Shown piece after piece: positions 52,098 through 64,000 of a DNA stretch of 64,000 nucleotides (position 1 is the first letter of the stretch; the number at the start of each line of letters is the position of its first letter). Under the pieces are notes generated by a model. It was not told the origin of the DNA. It was given only the letters and a program-made list of their open reading frames with translations, and made no database searches. The position numbers and the translations under genes are program-made. The stretch is from assembly GCF_008831285.2 (NCBI RefSeq), contig NC_045138.2, positions 8,184,001-8,248,000 of the forward strand. The letters run 5' to 3'. This stretch comes from Nymphaea colorata (Eukaryota).

Positions 52098-53086
52098 CGA
52101 AAATAAGCTAACCTATATGAAATTTTGAACAAGTTTTGCAATGATCAATATCAAAGTTCCCTTAGTTTTGACCCAAAACCTAACTCTCCTTGTTGCTATG
52201 TGTAATGATGTCGTTTTTGCAAGATATTGTTTTTGAATCTTCAATCAAATATTGCATAAAATGTAAAGTCAGCATATACTTGATAGAAAATTGCATGGTA
52301 GGTGTGGAGTTGTTTTCATTGTAGAAAAGTGCAAGACTGATTGATAGAGTATGGTCTTCAGTGAAAAACTCAAGGAGATTCAATAATTCTATGCAAGGAA
52401 GTAAGCAAGGAGAGGTCCTAAAAAAATGCTAGCAGCAAAGGGCAGACTAGAAAAGTATGAAGATAATGTTAGAAGTAACTGATTTAATGTTTTAGCATAA
52501 GTAGACGATGAAAAGAATGAATGAGAAGTCACATCGGCAATGTTTTCCTGAGGAGGCCTTAACTCCTTCTCACTAGGCAAATATTCAAGATGAAGGTGAT
52601 AGCAATTTTAGCGGGAGTCTGCTCAAGGCAAATAATGAAAACCTCAACTTGCTCATTGAGGTGTCGATTGAGGAGAAATCCCTTTCAGGTGCTCCATTAA
52701 TTCAGTCTCCTTTATTAAATGCAATCCCATTTCTAATGTCTTTGGTAAAATACTACTATAATCAATACATAAGGAAACATTAGAAGACATTCCATTTGGT
52801 TTCTCTATCTCTCTTCTCCAATCCAGTAATCCGTCCACTATGATTTACACAAATAAGGGAAAGGGAGAGTTGATGCATCAAACAAGTAGCGCATTGGTAC
52901 TCAGTCATCATTTGGTAAAAGCTTTAGGAAAAAAAAACTTGAGCATCTTAATGGTTCCATCTCCAAAAGGAGAATAAAACCAATGCCCCTGTATACTTCA
53001 TTTCAATTCATTACTCTTAAATTTACTGCTAATATGCAGAAGAAACAAATCAGTTTTGATGAAGATGAGAGGTTGTCACTTTCACA

Positions 53087-55250
53087 GTGCATGAAGAAGG
53101 GAGATTAACTACATACATGTCCTTTGTATATGCCAAGTGTACACTGGCTGAAAGGAGGGAGCTGTGGAGGTTCCTAGTTCTAGTGTTAGAAGGGATGATC
53201 TTGAAGATGAAGGTCGTGTCTTCTCTACCCAGACTCAAGAAATGCAGAGAGTCCAACTCCAACTTAAAAAAAAATATGGATTCTGGAGATCCTAGTGGTC
53301 ATATAGATTAACTAATTTTCATCATGAAAATATTTTCGTAGACCTCATTCGTAGGTATGCTATCATTGAGTTGAAAAGATGTTTGTAGGAATTTGATATT
53401 GAGTTATTGTTCATCTATGATTCTATGACAGATCAAAGAAGCTTTTACTTGTGGATAGAAGCTGTGACTTGTCGGTCGCTAATCTTGATCATTATGCAAT
53501 GGCAACTAACTTGTCTACTATAGGAGATACTGCTTGTTTAATTGTGGGTTGGAACCCATCTTCATTCACGGTTACAATCACAAAAGTACGTCCTTATTGG
53601 ATTCAAGTTTCTTGTAAGCCAATGAATTCATTATTTTTATTCTTTGTGTATGGAGTTTATCTTTCTTCGTATTTGCTCATGAGACTCAAAGGCTTTAAAT
53701 TACTCACTAACTCGATTAAGTCCTTCAAGCTCCCTTGTGTGCTGGTGGGCGACTTTAGTGCAATGATGGGTCCACATGACAATACTGACCATGAACCAAA
53801 TAGGGAAAGTCTAGGAATTTAAATGACTTTTTGTCATCTTACAACCTTACTATTATTCATGACCCTGTGGACAAATATTCCTAGTCTAATAACAAAAGAG
53901 AGGAAGAGAAGGTTCTTTACTAAGAATCGGCCATGGCTACTCACAACTAGTGGGAAAATTGAGCCGTGAACTATTGCCAATCATGCTTCTACATATTAAA
54001 AGCAATAACCAATTGGATGGGGTGGGAGAATTTTTAGATTCAATATAAAACAGCATTTTCCTAATTTCCTCAACATCATCCTTTTTGCCTTTATTTTTGA
54101 AAAAATCATGAAAGACAGTATTACACTCTTCAAGTATAAGCTTAGGAACTTCTAAAATATGACCATTAAGATGGAGAGCTGTAATTATTCACTTACCCTG
54201 CCCGTTCTTCACATAAACTTGAAAGAAACTTGAATTTCTATCACATTCTCTGAGCCAAGTAGATTTTTGCTTTCAAAGTTTTTCTTCCTTCTTAAGAGTA
54301 TTAGTTACCCCTTATCTAACCAACCACTCATATATTTGTGTTGAATCTACCATCACTATCCACATTACGTTGATTTCTACTCAATTCATCCTTAACCAAA
54401 TGACATTTGGGTAATGGTAAGAGTGAAAATTTGGTATGAATATTAGGGTTAGGGTATTCTAGAATGGCTACTCAAGCCAAATGATCTCATGAAAATTGCA
54501 TAGTCACATGCAAGCTATGGTGGAGGCAGTTCTTACCTACAAGGAAGAATTTCTTACTAGTGACATTTCTTCTATGTCAGTCTACTCTCTTATTAGTTTT
54601 TCTTCTCTTACTGCTTGATGAGATTCTGACATGTGGTACACATAATTTCATCAACTTGAAGATGAATTAGATATATAATGAAATTAAAAATAGAAGATCT
54701 CTATATCCTTACTATAAGATTATTTGACAAAAACACTCCATTCCTAGAGCGACCTGGTGTTTTAACTTTATTTTGAAAGGTAAGCTTTTGACTCATGAAA
54801 GACTCCATGGGTCTGGAATCAGCCTTCCAATGCCTATCTAAGGAATAAAATAATTTTTTTTTTACATGCCATAAGGGTATATGGAGATTTGTCGCAAAAC
54901 ATGTAATACCAAACTAAGAGGGCATCCAAGAAGTTGTCTCATGGTGGTTAAAACAGTCTTTCAGATCTGAATGGGTTACAATTTGTTGGCATTTATGCTT
55001 ACTTGTACTCTTTTGGAACATATGGAAACAAAAAAACCTATTGTCGCTGATGCCAACTTAAATCTCAGTGATCTCCAGTGAAGGATCTGAAATGATTTAA
55101 CGAATATAACAGCTGGTATAAAGTGGAAACATCAAGAAGCAACAATTATTTTATCTTGGTGGGCTACAAGGATTAGGTCAGATCTCTGGCCATCCTTTCC
55201 TCCCAACTCTAGGGTCACTCGATATGTGTTTAGTGATATGGTGTGTAAAA
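53087..55250 (+). mobile_element. L1-type LINE relics (endonuclease and zf-RVT fragments)
   Basis: SFVYAKCTLAERRELW and FVYGVY...LPCVLVGDFSA (APE endonuclease GDFN-like motif), plus GKLLTHERL near 54780. Confidence 0.6.
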
Positions 55251-57269
55251 AATGGCTTACAAGGTTAGAAATGGAAACAATTTTGTTTGTTTAAGATCAG
55301 ACGTTATCATCACTCTTTTATTTGGTCTGCTAAAGAACTTGTACATGATTTTTTTTTTGCTGAATTTGGATCATATCCAAGGTATATATTTTTTGTTGCT
55401 GCTCCCAACAAATGGAAATGGAAGGTTTTCACTGTTTCTGAACTTTACAACATATGCAATTTTGTTTTTTTGGGCTTTTACATGTCCAAAGGGATTTTGG
55501 AAGACTCTCTCAAGAGTTCCCTCTTGGGAGATGATGTATTTGTTGTCTAACCCCATTTCACTTAACTCTAAATAGGAATGGGGCTATTTTCTTTTTCTTT
55601 TTCTTTTTTTTTTGTATAGTGAGGGTTTATGTTTCTCTTCCTTTTGGTTTGTTATAGCTCGTGTGACTTGCGTTTTGTTCTCTATTCTATTTTGTTCTCT
55701 ATTCTATTGTTAATAAAAGAAAGTTTGGGAGGCCTAACCTCCAAACAATGTTGTATCACACAAGACTACATCTTTGATGGGCATTCCTACACTTATTTGG
55801 TTTCTTTCACTCTTAATTCACTTTTGAACTTAGAAAGTTTAGGAGGACTTGTCTTTAATGATTTTAAAATATGCTAATATAAGAATTAAAGAATTGATGT
55901 CTCCCTTTAGCCCTCTAACCATTGACATAAGGGATCAAATTAAAGTTCCCTTATCCTTCACTTTCTATATGATCACATATCTTAATTTGTAATTGATGTC
56001 TCTTATGAAGGATAAGGGAACTTTACATTGACATACTCATATAGAAAGTGATCATTACAAATTGAGCATGTTATCAACCATTTTATTCACATATCTCCAT
56101 TTATTTTATTTTTATATGTAACCACACATACCACTTTGAATAATTGTTCCCAAGTTAAGTTGTTTAATTAGAATTCAAAATTAGCCTGTAGATTTATTTT
56201 TAAAAACATTTTTTTTTCATTTTAAAAGGAAAAATCAATTGCAATATGAAGCTAATATTGCAAATTGATTGTTCCCATCCAATATCATCCATGTTTATTC
56301 CACCCTTTGTAGCCAATAAGCTAGATAAAACTCCATATAAATTTGTTGAGTAACATTCTGTTTTTGTTGGAAACTGATGGCAAAGTACATTTATTCTTTG
56401 TTATCTGTTGGACATTGTTTACAGCAAGTATCTAAATTCTTGTTGCTTGTTACTTTTCAGCTTGAACATATAGTAACTATTTGTTTGTTTCCCCTCGAAA
56501 GTGGGTTGTGAGGAATCCCAAGCTTGGAAACTAATAAATAATAGATAACCTATCTCACATAGGTAATCAAATAAATAGGTGGTTGTGTTGTCTAATCAAT
56601 TTTGTTGTACATACTTCATACTATTTTTTTGTTTTTTTTAATAAATAGGATAAGGTGCATTATTCCTTAAAGGTGAGGTATTTTTGTTATACTTTCTATA
56701 TTACCACTTGAGCATATATTCTTTTAAGTTTGGCCTTGTCAAATTTTTTAATACAACAACAACTTTAACCTTGGTGAACAACAACATGTCATATTATTAC
56801 CTTTTAATTTTAAGTAAACGTTAGTTGAAAATAAAGAAAAAATAATATTTTTGTGGAGAACATGTCTGCTAAATAATCTCCATAATCCAAGAATGAAACT
56901 GCATCTAAATGAGGATCCAGTTTATTTTCTAAAGTTGTTTTATTGTGTAGGCTCTGTTAATAAGGTACAACATGTCGCCAATGTTGATCTTGTTATTGGT
57001 TGCTAAATTGTAATGATACTTTGTATCAAGAACATGTATAAAAGGTGAATGGTAATGAGGCAAGAGTATTCTTTCCTACTTAAATTCTTCTACTTTGCTT
57101 GCTTCAATGTTTTTCTTCAGAGATCACTACTTCAGTCGATCCATCAGATTATAGAGAATTCTATACTTCAACATATCTGATATGGTTATAGAGGATCCTG
57201 ATCTTGGTTTAAGTAATTATGAACATCAAGTGTTCTCAGTACCATCGTTTATATCATAGTATGATATTG

Positions 57270-59270
57270 ATTTATCTTTTTATAGAGGAAGTTCTGTTTC
57301 CTTTTTTCAAATGTTTTACCCAAAATTCTCTTGATGTGGTTGGTTGGCACACACATCCTTTAGGGGGGAGATAGAGATTGTCAAGGTAAGATATTTTCAC
57401 TTTTGTGTTGTGCTTCATTTGTATTGAACTATTAAAACAAGTTGATGGAAAAGTATATGATTTCATTAAATTAAACATCTTGCAAAGCAAATACATTTTG
57501 GAACAAAGATCATAGCTTATGTACCCTTTGCTTCATGAGTCATATCCTACCAAGATGCATTTGGTAGATCTAGGACTCAGTTTTTCCTTTCTTTGACTGA
57601 TGATATCATACATAAGCAACACATCCAAACACTTGAAGATGATGTAGCTGAGGTTGAGAAGTAGTGATCTTACCAATGGGGCTTTTGTAATCAAGTCATC
57701 TTCTAGAAGTTCTATTGATAACATAACATGCAGTTGAAATGACAATTTTTCAATAGTTCTTAGGAACATTCTTTTGAAATAAGTCTTAACTACTTCACGT
57801 AGATGTTTATCACTTCCTTTAGATACACCATTTTGTTGTGGTCATGTATCAATACGAGTATTGACTAAAGAGCCCTCACCAATCATCTTTTGTATTGTTT
57901 GCTCCTAAAAGTTCACATAAGAAGCAAAAGAAACTGCAACACAATATAATTCTCTGGTTATTTTTGCTACAAACAGCAGGTTAGAAGTAAGGTCTCAGAA
58001 GAACATTATTAGCATAGTGTTTATTGAAAAAAATTATTTTACACGACCCTACTGACTTTTGTTATGGTGCCTATATCCTTGTCATGTTGGGATTATGTTA
58101 GGAGAATAAACTCATTTGCCATATGATTCGTGGCACCCGAATCTATTATCCATTGACTACTAGTATCACCTGTGCATGGTAAAAAAAAGTCATGCCTGAA
58201 TTGGTTGTGGAGTCGTCCATTGCACTTGGAACTCTTTGATCACATCAGTAAGCTTATCTAATGTGGTTGAGCCATTGGAAGAGGATGTTTGATTGGTGTG
58301 ACCATCAGAATTTTTTTCTTTTTTTATCTAGTCCTTTACTAGTGCCTTTGGAAAACTGATTTGCCTATATCCTTATGAAATTCTCACTATTGACTGCATT
58401 AGCTTGGTTTGTAGTGAATGTCACCATGTTGTCATTGTTGGATGTGGCATTGTCATCATTGAGTGTGCCCATCACCTTACATTTAGACTCTTCCCTCATA
58501 AAAAGAGCACACATTGACTTGAGAGAAAGGGAGCTTGTGAGACATTGGAGTTGTTTGGTAAATGAAGCACTTCGTGAATGTTTGATGGATCTGGCCAATG
58601 ATTGACGCAGATTCGTGGACACTTAGTTTTAGTATTCCATGAATCTGCCCCAAACTTTAGGTAGATTTACATAACACTCACATAATGTTCTAACTACCAA
58701 ACAACCCATAAGGTTTTAACTAAAAATTTTTCATAGTCATTTACCAAGCCTGGTCTGTAAATATTTCAAATATCCATGTTTGTTTTTAAGCTTCTTGGCT
58801 TTGGCAAGGTTGGTGGTTAAAAGGGAATAGGTATGCATCTCATCCCATATACCTTTGAAGGTTCCGAGATACTCGTTGATAGGAGAGTTCCCTTTCTTAA
58901 GATTACTTTTTTTCTTGGGATAATTGATCATACATATGAGCAATAATATTTTGTTCATTATAAAGGTCCTTGGCTGCATTCTACATTGTTCAGCAAAACC
59001 TACAAACATAAAGCTGATAGAAATTTTTGGCTCCAAAGAATTAATAATCCATGAGGTGGCAATGTCATTGGTGAATCGTCATTCACCATATTTATGGTTG
59101 TTGACTGGTGGCTTATGCTTGTGGCCATCAATGCACCCTAACTTGGTTCTCAAAAAACATGTAACCACCTTGGACAAGGCAAATAATTGAGGCCATCAAG
59201 CAACAAATTGATAATCTTAAATTATGACTACTTTGTTCATGAACAACAATTTTGTGCATGTGTCCATGAT
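57270..59270 (-). mobile_element. Ty1/copia gag-integrase relic
   Basis: KLSPRSTKCILVGYDS (post-integrase SH3-like motif), QQNGVS near 57830, and gag-like LKKGNSPINEYLGTFKGIWDE. Confidence 0.75.
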
Positions 59271-59283
59271 ACGAGCCTCCCTA

Positions 59284-61750
59284 GTACAACACCCAGGGTG
59301 GCCAGAGACGTGGCCGAGTGCAGTCGAGCACGACAAGCTAGGTCCGGGAGGCTAGAGGCTTGTGCCGTAGATAGGGATGAAACACTGAGGGAGGCTAGTG
59401 GAGTCCATGCAGTGACAGTGGATGGGCAGCATTTGTGTAAGATTGCAGCTGGGCCGAGCCAAGGAGATAGACTTAGACCCGGTTTAGACCAAGCCCACCC
59501 GAGTGTCGAGACTAGAACCGAGCAGTGCAAAGCAGCCTAGAGCAAACCTAGGTGAGTTATCCTGGCTGTACTCAGTCGCTTCATCAAGTTGGGTCCAGTC
59601 GGGCATCATTTGACTTTTGAAAGAGGCTGGGTGTAACCCAGACGAGTTGCCCCTCGGACCCACAAAGTCCAAGACCTTGGAAGAACAGTGAGACGACACG
59701 TCTCACTTTTGCTTTTATGCAATTTTGCTTTTGTTATGTGTGTTGCGTCTTGGTTCAGGACTGTTATGAACCGGGACGGCCTTGAGACTATTTAACTATT
59801 TAAACTTTTGTTCAAGAGTTAAACCCTAAGTTTGATTATGCTAATGAAGTGATTTGAGTTTCCGCCTCTTCTTTCTCTCTCTTCTCCTTCGTTCTCCACC
59901 AGCAGCACCGAATTCCACCTCTCAAACTGACGGCTTGTTCCTCTTTCCTTCCCCTGAATCATCTTCTCTTCTACTCTCTTCCAATCGGCCAAAGGACTTA
60001 TGCTTGAAAACGACGAAGAGCTGCCATTGCCGATCGACGGACAGTTTCAACCACGTCTACCCCAACGAGCGTGAAAACGAGGATCATGGTGCATTCTTCC
60101 TCATTCACAAGGAAGTTTAGAGGCTGGATCTTCTACTGGGAAGACTGTTGCAGACCAAGTCACCCGTGGTTCTGACGTCCTAATCCGAAGTAGCACATCG
60201 ACTACCTACCCCAGATTTGGGCAAGTACTCGAACTCTTTTTGGTGCTTTCCTTGTCTTGGGTAGCAATTTCACTGATTTACAATGACCGAAAAGTTAGGG
60301 ATATCTGGCTCTAGCATCACTGCCAGACAGGCGGAGTAGATCTTCCTCCCTCGCCCGCGGTTTCCCATCCTACCTTGCTTGATTTGGTCCGTGATCTGGA
60401 GGAGAAGCCCGTGTCTAAGGAGGCGACCACCCGCGACCTCCCATGTGAGGATCCATCCACGGCCCACAAGATCTTGGTCACCTCAAATCGGCCAGCGAGC
60501 AGCCTGCTACCAACTCGATTACCGGGGGTTTGGAGGTTACACCAGGCCGAGATCACCATCCTGTCATCGTCCTTATTGGATGCACGTCTTGGCCTCGTTT
60601 GGAGAAGACCCGACCAGACGCAAAGGAGTTGCACACGGCAGCCGGAAGGGATCCTCTTCCGGCGATTCTAGGGCCTATTGCACCGGCGTGGCCAACGGTG
60701 AAAGCTACACCCAATTTCGGACAAATCTTGGTTTTTTGGTGATTCGGTGAAGTCTCCAAAATACTCCTGCATTTAATTAATATTTGTTTAATTTGGGTTT
60801 AATCGAATTTGCCCTTTCGGTCATGTTGCATTGAGGATGCGTGGGAAGGAGTTCCAAACCCTAGCTATAGATGCGAGGTTCTTGGGTGCATTTGATTTTG
60901 AATTTGCTTTGAAACCTGGCTACGGCCTTTGCCTCTTGTTGGGGTACCTCTAAGAGTCAAGGACACGACCGCGAGGGCACTAGACCACATATTGGGATTT
61001 AGGTATGGTTTGGCGGTTTATCAGGCATGGTTGACAGGGTGTATGTGATGGTTTGTTGTGGTTTGTTGAGTGAGATAGTGCTTTGATGTATCGTGCGTGC
61101 TTGTAAGACCTTTAACCTCTCATTTTTGTAGTAGGAAGCAGACCGTGGGCTGGAGAAAATCCATACTTGTACTATTGTTCTACGGGTTGATTTGCACCGG
61201 GTAGCTGTTTGGCTGAGTAGTGTAACTGGTTCTAGGTTTTGTCTGTAGCTGTTCCAAATGATCTTGAGGATAGAACCAGCAATTGAACAAGGTTTGGGTT
61301 TTGGTTGACATTGGGCTAGGTTCTATCAGTCCATTGCTGGTGGTAATGACAGTCTCCTCTTGGTTGTCACTTTCACTGTTTACGTCAGTAGCGGAGGTAC
61401 GTGTGGTATTGCGTGGGCCACTTCCACGCCAGCCCATTAAAGCTCCAATTGGAAAGGAGCTCCACCCAAGTTCAACACCATGTATTGCCCCTGCTAGACT
61501 TGGGTCGGGCCCCACAACAAAAAGCAGCTCAAGTCCGAAACCAAAAGGCAAAAGGAAAGCGGCTTAAACGTTCCCCGCCCAACCATTCACCAAATGTGAA
61601 AGGGGAAGGGTCAGGGCCATTAGGGTAGTTACCAAGAAGTACTAAGTAGGGAGGAGGCAGGTGGGATCTCCGTGGGACTCTTTGAAAGGTTAATTTACTA
61701 TTTGGGTGAACTTGGGTCCAATTGTATGGGGTAGCTCCACGAGATCCGAG
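59284..61750 (+). mobile_element. Probable gypsy-type LTR (GC-rich, non-coding)
   Basis: Abrupt GC rise starting TACAACACCC (TGTAACACCC-like), a TATTTAAA box and a CT-rich R-like region. Overlapping ORFs carry no recognisable motifs. The 3' end is not defined. Confidence 0.5.
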
Positions 61751-62234
61751 TCACTGTCCCATGGTTAATTGAAAATTTGTTAACCATTTATTTAGTGCCC
61801 CATGCAAAAAAAAAAAAAAAATTGGCTCCACTCCTGATGGGAAGATGGTTGCCTTAATCTATAGTATGGAGATACATGATCTGACGTTGCCTTTATATGA
61901 AGGTGATACTCCTGATAGGCAAGGTCGCAGGTTTACAAAATTAATATGCATTGTTGCCAACGTTCACTTCAAACATTCAAGTGAAGCCTTCCTATATTGT
62001 CCACGATATGAATAAGTCGACCAATCTTCACCAAGAAAGGACGTTGCAGTTTTAACACTACAGATCGCTACACCTTGCTTTTTTCTTAGTAAAATACTTT
62101 ACGCATATGTAAGAGTTCAGGAGACGGAGAATAACACTAAAGGATTCACTTTCACTTACACAAGAACATATCCATCAGAGATGTTTTGTTTTTCTCCGCC
62201 GCAGACCAGCTACGTGTCAATGACACATCCATGC

Positions 62235-62652
62235 TCTTGGCTTTCACTGACGCTATTTAGCTGCACCATAAATAGTCTCAACATTTTTTTTCTGAAAGGC
62301 ATCAAGATAGTCTTAAGAATAGTTGGTTTATGTTTGCCAGAAGCATCACAGACGGTCTCAACAATGTCTGGGCTTTAATCGATGCTTTCTGAGCATGGCT
62401 GTAGATAGTTTTCCCTAGTATTTGAATTCATTGACATTTTTTTTAGAAAGCGCCACAAATTGTCCCAATAGTGCTGTAGCTTCACTGATACTATTGTGAG
62501 CTGCATTGCATATAGTCTCAATTAGTATTGAGTTTCACTGATGTTCTTCCATAAAGCATCACAGACGATCCCAATTGTATTAGCTCTCACTGATGCTATT
62601 GTAAGCCGTGTCCCAAAAGTCACAACAGTGTTGGATTTTCATCAGTCTCAAC
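62235..62652. repeat. Degenerate ~52-bp tandem array, about 8 units
   Basis: Recurring TTCACTGA(T/C)GCT...GCATCACAGA(C/T)(A/G)GTC(T/C)CAA motifs. Confidence 0.7.
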
Positions 62653-64000
62653 CATAGCTACCATTAGCACTCCAGTGCTTGTTTGCGCTCAAATGAGGAT
62701 AGTAATGACGGCTTGAAAGTTACTAGAGTTTTGCATGTGCTTATGAAAACCTTGAGGAACCTACCCGAAAGAGGATGTTATTGTAGTCTCTTCCGCTAAC
62801 AAGTTTCTTATATTATCACTGTGACTTGTATCAAATTCCTCCTTACTTCTTAGATCAGCTTTCATAATGAAGCTGCTCTTATACAGTTTAAGATGTCTGT
62901 TATTATGTCCTTTTTGACGTGTAAATGTAGGATGTAAGTATAAGAGGCTGGCTTTTTTCCTGATCTGGTTTGGGGAGTATGTAATTATGACGTAGCTTTT
63001 GTGTCGTTAATATTCAAATCAAAGAAACGTTACTAAGAAGACTATTCAACCTTCATTGCACAGGCAGTTGAGTAGAGTTTGCATCATTGGTGACAAGTGT
63101 GCTATTTATTTATTTTTTATTGTAGGGTTTTCAAGTGAAAATGAGGAAACCCACCACCCAGTTGAAGGCTAAAGCCGCCACTCAACCCTTCACATGGTAT
63201 GCTTTTAATGTCACAAAGTGTTACCTTACCACGCTTCAACTTGCATGTTTCATCTTGCATGTCAATGGCCTCTCTTTCGTAGCATAGAGAGTTGATTGCA
63301 TAGAGTGACCACCTACCAGCTCATGTCCAGTCCATTGTGCCAACCACTTTGGGGACTATTGTAAAGTTACATTATTATGTTGTCAGGTGCACGCTTGCCC
63401 CAGCAATTCTATCTCAACAATAAGGATGAAACGGCCTCTCAAGAAAAGGATTAATCTAGATTAATTAAATGTCTATTTCATTGTAGAAAATTAATGGGTT
63501 TTTTGTTATAATATCCCAACATTTTTTGTTTATATTTAAATATTTGCCGTAGATAAAGTCCAAAGGAATATGGATCTAGAAGGACGAATCTAGCTAATAG
63601 GATGAGGATGATATGAAACACCCCTTTCAAAAATGCAGCGGGATCAAATTGCTAACCGACTTCCACTATGGAGATCGTCAACTCCATGCTAATTAAAAAA
63701 AAAAAAAATAGAAAGAGGATAGAAAATAACGTGACCATGCTTATTTAGAATGACGATCCAATTACATAGACTCAATAAGAGCATGCTTATCCTAGGAGTC
63801 AATTATATGAAGAAAGTCACAGAAAAAGTAGAAATCACGCAATCAACTCTACTTTCCAAATCACGATCACGAACGGAGAAGATGGGAGAATGAAGAAGAT
63901 GATGCTAGAAAAGCTTAAAGTATTTAGGCCGTAATCTCCATCTAACCACTCACAGATAAAGCCATGGTTTCCGCTAGAGCTGGGCATTGCCCCCCCTGAG

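Noticed and set aside
55941..56025. Resemblance of the hairpin arms to miR395 (TGAAG...GGGAACT)
   Set aside because: The central bases do not match the conserved mature CTGAAGTGTTTGGGGGAACTC.
59187..61628. Many overlapping 70-120 aa ORFs
   Set aside because: Expected in GC-rich LTR-like sequence; no protein motifs.
61750..61836. Right end of a CAGGGGCGGAGCCA-type hAT MITE (TTGGCTCCACTCCTG)
   Set aside because: No left end or TSD found, so it is too fragmentary to annotate.

Overview
Plant (angiosperm) nuclear DNA: AT-rich, with spliceosomal introns, microsatellites and many decayed transposons. A central gene island (~21-46.5 kb) holds four intact genes whose exons I reconstructed by hand. 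They are a methyl-CpG-binding-domain protein of the MBD10/11 type (+, 3 exons, 412 aa), an intronless glutaredoxin-like 4xCxxC protein (-, 381 aa), an ML/NPC2-type lipid-recognition protein (-, 4 exons, 156 aa) and a P1B-1 copper ATPase resembling rice OsHMA4/HMA5 (-, 8 coding exons, 975 aa, one GC-AG intron). Both flanks are TE graveyards: two copies of a large Ty3/gypsy-type LTR family, a clean solo LTR with a perfect target-site duplication, copia and LINE relics, a probable CACTA relic and several MITEs. I found no convincing new biological system. The most notable items are a partly inverted LTR that can fold back, a GC-AG intron, a NAGNAG acceptor, an acidic tandem-repeat tail in the MBD protein, a TIR element sitting in a (TA)n tract, an interleaved triple inverted repeat and an unexplained ~52-bp tandem array.
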